Source of the DNA: a virus
Taxonomy: Duplodnaviria > Caudoviricetes
Strand: one strand, 5' to 3'
DNA length: 58,567 bases
IMG/VR virus record: IMGVR_UViG_3300030331_003634
Span: 1-58,567 of that record
The first letter of the stretch is position 1. Each line of letters begins with the position of its first letter. Both the position numbers and the translations under genes were made by a program. Of this stretch, positions 55,429-58,567 are shown in pieces. Below the pieces are notes generated by a model, which had not been told where the DNA came from, searched no databases, and was given only the letters and a program-made list of their open reading frames with translations.

Positions 55429-58400
55429 ATGGCACAAGACAAGAAAGTTTTTACAGGTGGGATGGATAAAGATTCTGATCCTCGCTTGATCAAACAAGGT
55501 GATTACAGAGATGCTTTAAATATAAGAAGTGTATCATCATCAGATTCTACAGCAGGTTCTGTTGAAAACATAGAAGGTAATACCTTAGTTCCTTATAATT
55601 TTATTACTGAAAATAATGAGTATGTAAATGTAGAATCAGGTATAGGTGTCAACGGTACAGGTGTTAGTATAGATGATGTTCAGCCTGATCTTGTAAATCT
55701 ATCTCAAACTATTGTGTTTTCAGGAACAGAGTCAATAAACTATTTCTCTAATTTTACAATAGGTTATGAGAGTGATGAATCTTCTGATCCTGTTTTTATA
55801 TCTACATCTTTTACAACATGGTTTGGTAGTGCACAGTTAACTAATACCTCGCAGACACTTTATGATAAGTTTGGACCAGGAGGTCCTTTATCTTCTTTTA
55901 GCGTAGTAGATCTTATTACAGGTCTTCCTATAAACATAAATGCTTCAGTAGATTTTCTTCCTGGTGATTTATTTGATGGATCAAATAGTTTTTCAATAAC
56001 ATTTACATCTAGTCAGCCTGGTGCTTCTTTTAATTTAATTATAAAAAGCACTTTCTCAAACACAGACTATCCTCAAGGAGAATACGATATAGGGGAAGAT
56101 TACAGTGATCTTAATAATTACTATATTGGGCAAAACACTATTATTAATGGTTCTACTGGATTTTCTCAATCTGATAATGACACTAATGTAGATGATGATG
56201 GAACTACGTTTGGCCCTGGTCCTGCGGATGGTGTAGGATCAACAGTATATGAATTTAACGTTGATGGTGAGCAAGGAACAACTACTCCTGGTGATCCTGA
56301 AAATAATGTTAATATGTATTCTTATGATCAAACTGCTGGAGATGGACTATCTACTGATGATTATATTATAACAGAAGTTTTAAATTTAACTGAGTCAATT
56401 GATAAATTTAACAGTGGTGGTGAGTTTGAGTTTGGTCCATCTCAAGATAGTATATCTCAATTTCTTGTTGACGCTATATCTAATGATAAATTTGGAGAGG
56501 TAATAATAGAAGGTAGTAATGGTAGTACCACTGAGCTATCAAGTATTACAACTAACTTTGTTAAAACTACAAGTCTTGGTGGTAAGTCTTCTAACTTAGG
56601 TAGAAACAACCCAGATGCTGTTCCATACTCTCAGTTAGAATTTTATTTTAATAGTGAAGAAGTTTCAGAGGGTGATGGTTTTAGCATTAATCAAGGTACT
56701 TTAACTTTTAGTGGGGAAGAGGTAAAAGCTGTAAACACTTACAGTCTTAGTGCAAATATAATAGAAGGTAAAAACTTTAAGTTAGATTTAACGGTATCAG
56801 GATTACCATCTGGCAATAGCTTTACTGTTAATGTAGGTAATGACACTTTTGGTACAATAAGTGCTGACGGGTCTCATAGTATATTTATAAACGACCCTAA
56901 CAATTCTTCTGTTATATTTTTACAATTTGATAAAGATTTTACATCTTCTGACACCCTTACCTTAACAAATGTTAGATTATTTTTAGAAAACGAACAGGTA
57001 GATAGACTAACTGTAAGGTTAGCTTCTCCAAACTTTACAAGGTTTAAGTTAGCATTTGCATCAAGTGAGACTGAGCTAAGAAACGACTTAGTAGCTGGTA
57101 GTCCAGTCACTAGTTTATCATCTTGGTATAGTGGTACTGGAATAGAACTTATTAATAAATCTGCTGGAACAACTGATTTATCTTCAGTTAGTGACGATTA
57201 TCAAGAGTTATTATTAGAACTGCAAGAAGCTGAGAATACAATACGTTTGTTGCGGGCTCAAATAAATTCAATAACAGATACATATAATAATCAAATAAGT
57301 ATATTGGAGCAACAATTAGCTGTGGCTAATTCAAATTTAGCTCAAGTTGAGATTGAATTGGCTAATGCAATTCATGCTGAAGATACACTTAGACGTGAGA
57401 ATGAAACACTTAGACAGTCTCAAAGACAATTGCAAAATGTTATTGCAACTTTTATAGACCAAGCAATAGATCCAAAGCCAGAAATACTTGTTAATCTTTA
57501 TGCTGGAAACATAGATACTATCAAGGAGTCACTTAATTTAATAGCTGCAGATTTAGTTAACCTAACTACAACTACTATTGTTAACTCTGAGCTTCAAGAT
57601 AAAGTAAATGATTTGACAGCAGATAATGCAAATTTACAAGCTCAGTTAGAGGAGTTATCGAATATAATTATTACCGAAAATGACACAGATATAAGTTTAA
57701 TTCAAGCTGCAACTGAACTTAAAAATAAAAATACTCAATTAGATGAAGAACTTTCTACTCTTCAAAACAACATAAATATTGTATTGTTTGGTGATGCAGA
57801 TGATCTAAATAATGCAGGTGGTTTGTATAGTGAATTAGGATTCCCAGTTTCTCAATCTGAATTTACTTTAACCAGTCTTGCTACTTTAATTTCTAGTACT
57901 CTTTCTGCTCAACAATCCTCTTATGAATCACAAATTGATATTCTTAATGTTGATTTAAGTAATGCTCAATCTTTAGCAACTTCTGCAGAACTTTCTGCTG
58001 CCTTTGCAGAAGGTGCTGCTTCAGTAGACATTACTTCAGATAACGCAATTTTAGCTGCTGCTGCCTTTGCAGATGGTGTTGCTTCAGTTCCAGTTATCAC
58101 TCAAGAAAATTTTGATACTGCTATAGAACTTGCTAATGCTGATGTTTTATTTGCACAAGAAGCTGTAGTTAACACCCAACAAGCTTTAGATGATGCTCAG
58201 GCAGCACTGGATGCTGGTATTGAAGATTTTGGTGACACTAATGTTGGTCCTATGCCTGGTCTTAGGTTAGCAGTAGATAACGCTATTGCTAACCTTGCAG
58301 CTGCTGAGTTACAAGTTAATATAAACCAAGCTTTTTTTAATGGTGTTCAATCAATAACAGCGGATGATGGGATTAGTCAATCTGATGTTGAAGCTGCTTA

Positions 58401-58567
58401 TTTAGAGGGTGTAGCTTCAGTAATTCCTGATGATGGTATAACGCAGGATGATGTAGATGCTGCTGTTGCTAATGCTGCTGAGGCTGTTGCTGCTGCTGAA
58501 GCTGCTGCTGCTGCTGCTGAGGAAGCAAAGGTGTTAGCTCAAGGTGAATTGGCTAATACACAAATTT
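55429..58567 (+). CDS. N-terminal 1,040 aa of the giant tail stabilisation protein (continues at position 1); not in ORF track
   Basis: MAQDKKVFTGGMDKDSDPRLIKQGDYRDALNIR..GSVENIEGN; frame apparently open to the window end and in frame with 1..7173. Confidence 0.85.
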   Translation, partial: MAQDKKVFTGGMDKDSDPRLIKQGDYRDALNIRSVSSSDSTAGSVENIEGNTLVPYNFITENNEYVNVESGIGVNGTGVSIDDVQPDLVNLSQTIVFSGTESINYFSNFTIGYESDESSDPVFISTSFTTWFGSAQLTNTSQTLYDKFGPGGPLSSFSVVDLITGLPININASVDFLPGDLFDGSNSFSITFTSSQPGASFNLIIKSTFSNTDYPQGEYDIGEDYSDLNNYYIGQNTIINGSTGFSQSDNDTNVDDDGTTFGPGPADGVGSTVYEFNVDGEQGTTTPGDPENNVNMYSYDQTAGDGLSTDDYIITEVLNLTESIDKFNSGGEFEFGPSQDSISQFLVDAISNDKFGEVIIEGSNGSTTELSSITTNFVKTTSLGGKSSNLGRNNPDAVPYSQLEFYFNSEEVSEGDGFSINQGTLTFSGEEVKAVNTYSLSANIIEGKNFKLDLTVSGLPSGNSFTVNVGNDTFGTISADGSHSIFINDPNNSSVIFLQFDKDFTSSDTLTLTNVRLFLENEQVDRLTVRLASPNFTRFKLAFASSETELRNDLVAGSPVTSLSSWYSGTGIELINKSAGTTDLSSVSDDYQELLLELQEAENTIRLLRAQINSITDTYNNQISILEQQLAVANSNLAQVEIELANAIHAEDTLRRENETLRQSQRQLQNVIATFIDQAIDPKPEILVNLYAGNIDTIKESLNLIAADLVNLTTTTIVNSELQDKVNDLTADNANLQAQLEELSNIIITENDTDISLIQAATELKNKNTQLDEELSTLQNNINIVLFGDADDLNNAGGLYSELGFPVSQSEFTLTSLATLISSTLSAQQSSYESQIDILNVDLSNAQSLATSAELSAAFAEGAASVDITSDNAILAAAAFADGVASVPVITQENFDTAIELANADVLFAQEAVVNTQQALDDAQAALDAGIEDFGDTNVGPMPGLRLAVDNAIANLAAAELQVNINQAFFNGVQSITADDGISQSDVEAAYLEGVASVIPDDGITQDDVDAAVANAAEAVAAAEAAAAAAEEAKVLAQGELANTQI
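58549..58567. repeat. Terminal direct repeat identical to 1-19
   Basis: ttggctaatacacaaattt. Confidence 0.95.

Noticed and set aside
33177-57110. Nested or antisense ORFs at 33177, 33746, 34797, 36315, 41104, 41115, 41486, 41783, 43938, 44240, 46114, 46166, 46399, 53199, 56874
   Set aside because: They lie within or opposite well-supported genes; 41486 (inside the endolysin) was checked as a nested spanin but lacks a convincing signal peptide and lipobox.
58549-58567. 19-nt terminal repeat as a biological DTR or att site
   Set aside because: It falls mid-gene and in frame, as expected of an assembler overlap; no integrase seen.
1-58567. Alternative genetic code (stop-codon reassignment as in some crAss-like phages) and tRNA genes
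   Set aside because: Conserved genes are intact under code 11, TAA/TAG/TGA all end genes, and no cloverleaf with T-loop GTTC[GA]A was seen in intergenic gaps.

Overview
The window is an apparently complete, circular 58,548-bp dsDNA tailed-phage genome (the last 19 nt repeat the first 19 nt). It is AT-rich and almost certainly infects a Bacteroidota (probably marine Flavobacteriia) host. Evidence for the host: TAnnTTTG promoter boxes, A-rich leaders without Shine-Dalgarno sites, signal peptides cleaved before Gln, and a type IX secretion (T9SS) C-terminal domain. The + strand carries a podovirus-type late module: GroES-like protein, TerS/TerL, portal, scaffold, capsid, ring proteins, a ~3,430-aa tail stabilisation protein split across the contig junction, and three likely ejected proteins including a 3,014-aa polyvalent protein. 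The - strand (19.4-30.4 kb) carries early and replication genes (ERF, RecE-like nuclease, SSB-like protein, initiator, DnaB, resolvase). No DNA polymerase, primase, RNA polymerase, integrase, tRNA or CRISPR was recognised. Most notable: (1) an envelope cassette of Cys-rich T9SS cargo + outer-membrane beta-barrel + membrane coiled coil + exported Trx-fold protein next to the lysis genes; (2) a candidate trans-acting sRNA complementary to early-gene translation leaders; (3) at least seven small basic proteins sharing an N-terminal M-[AP]-K-A-[VIL]-K-K-like tag; (4) a polyprotein with zincin, two SAM-lyase/DUF3293-like and ART-like domains separated by a recurring R-x-Q motif; (5) two further structured non-coding elements. 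All functional calls come from motif recognition by eye; no searches were run.
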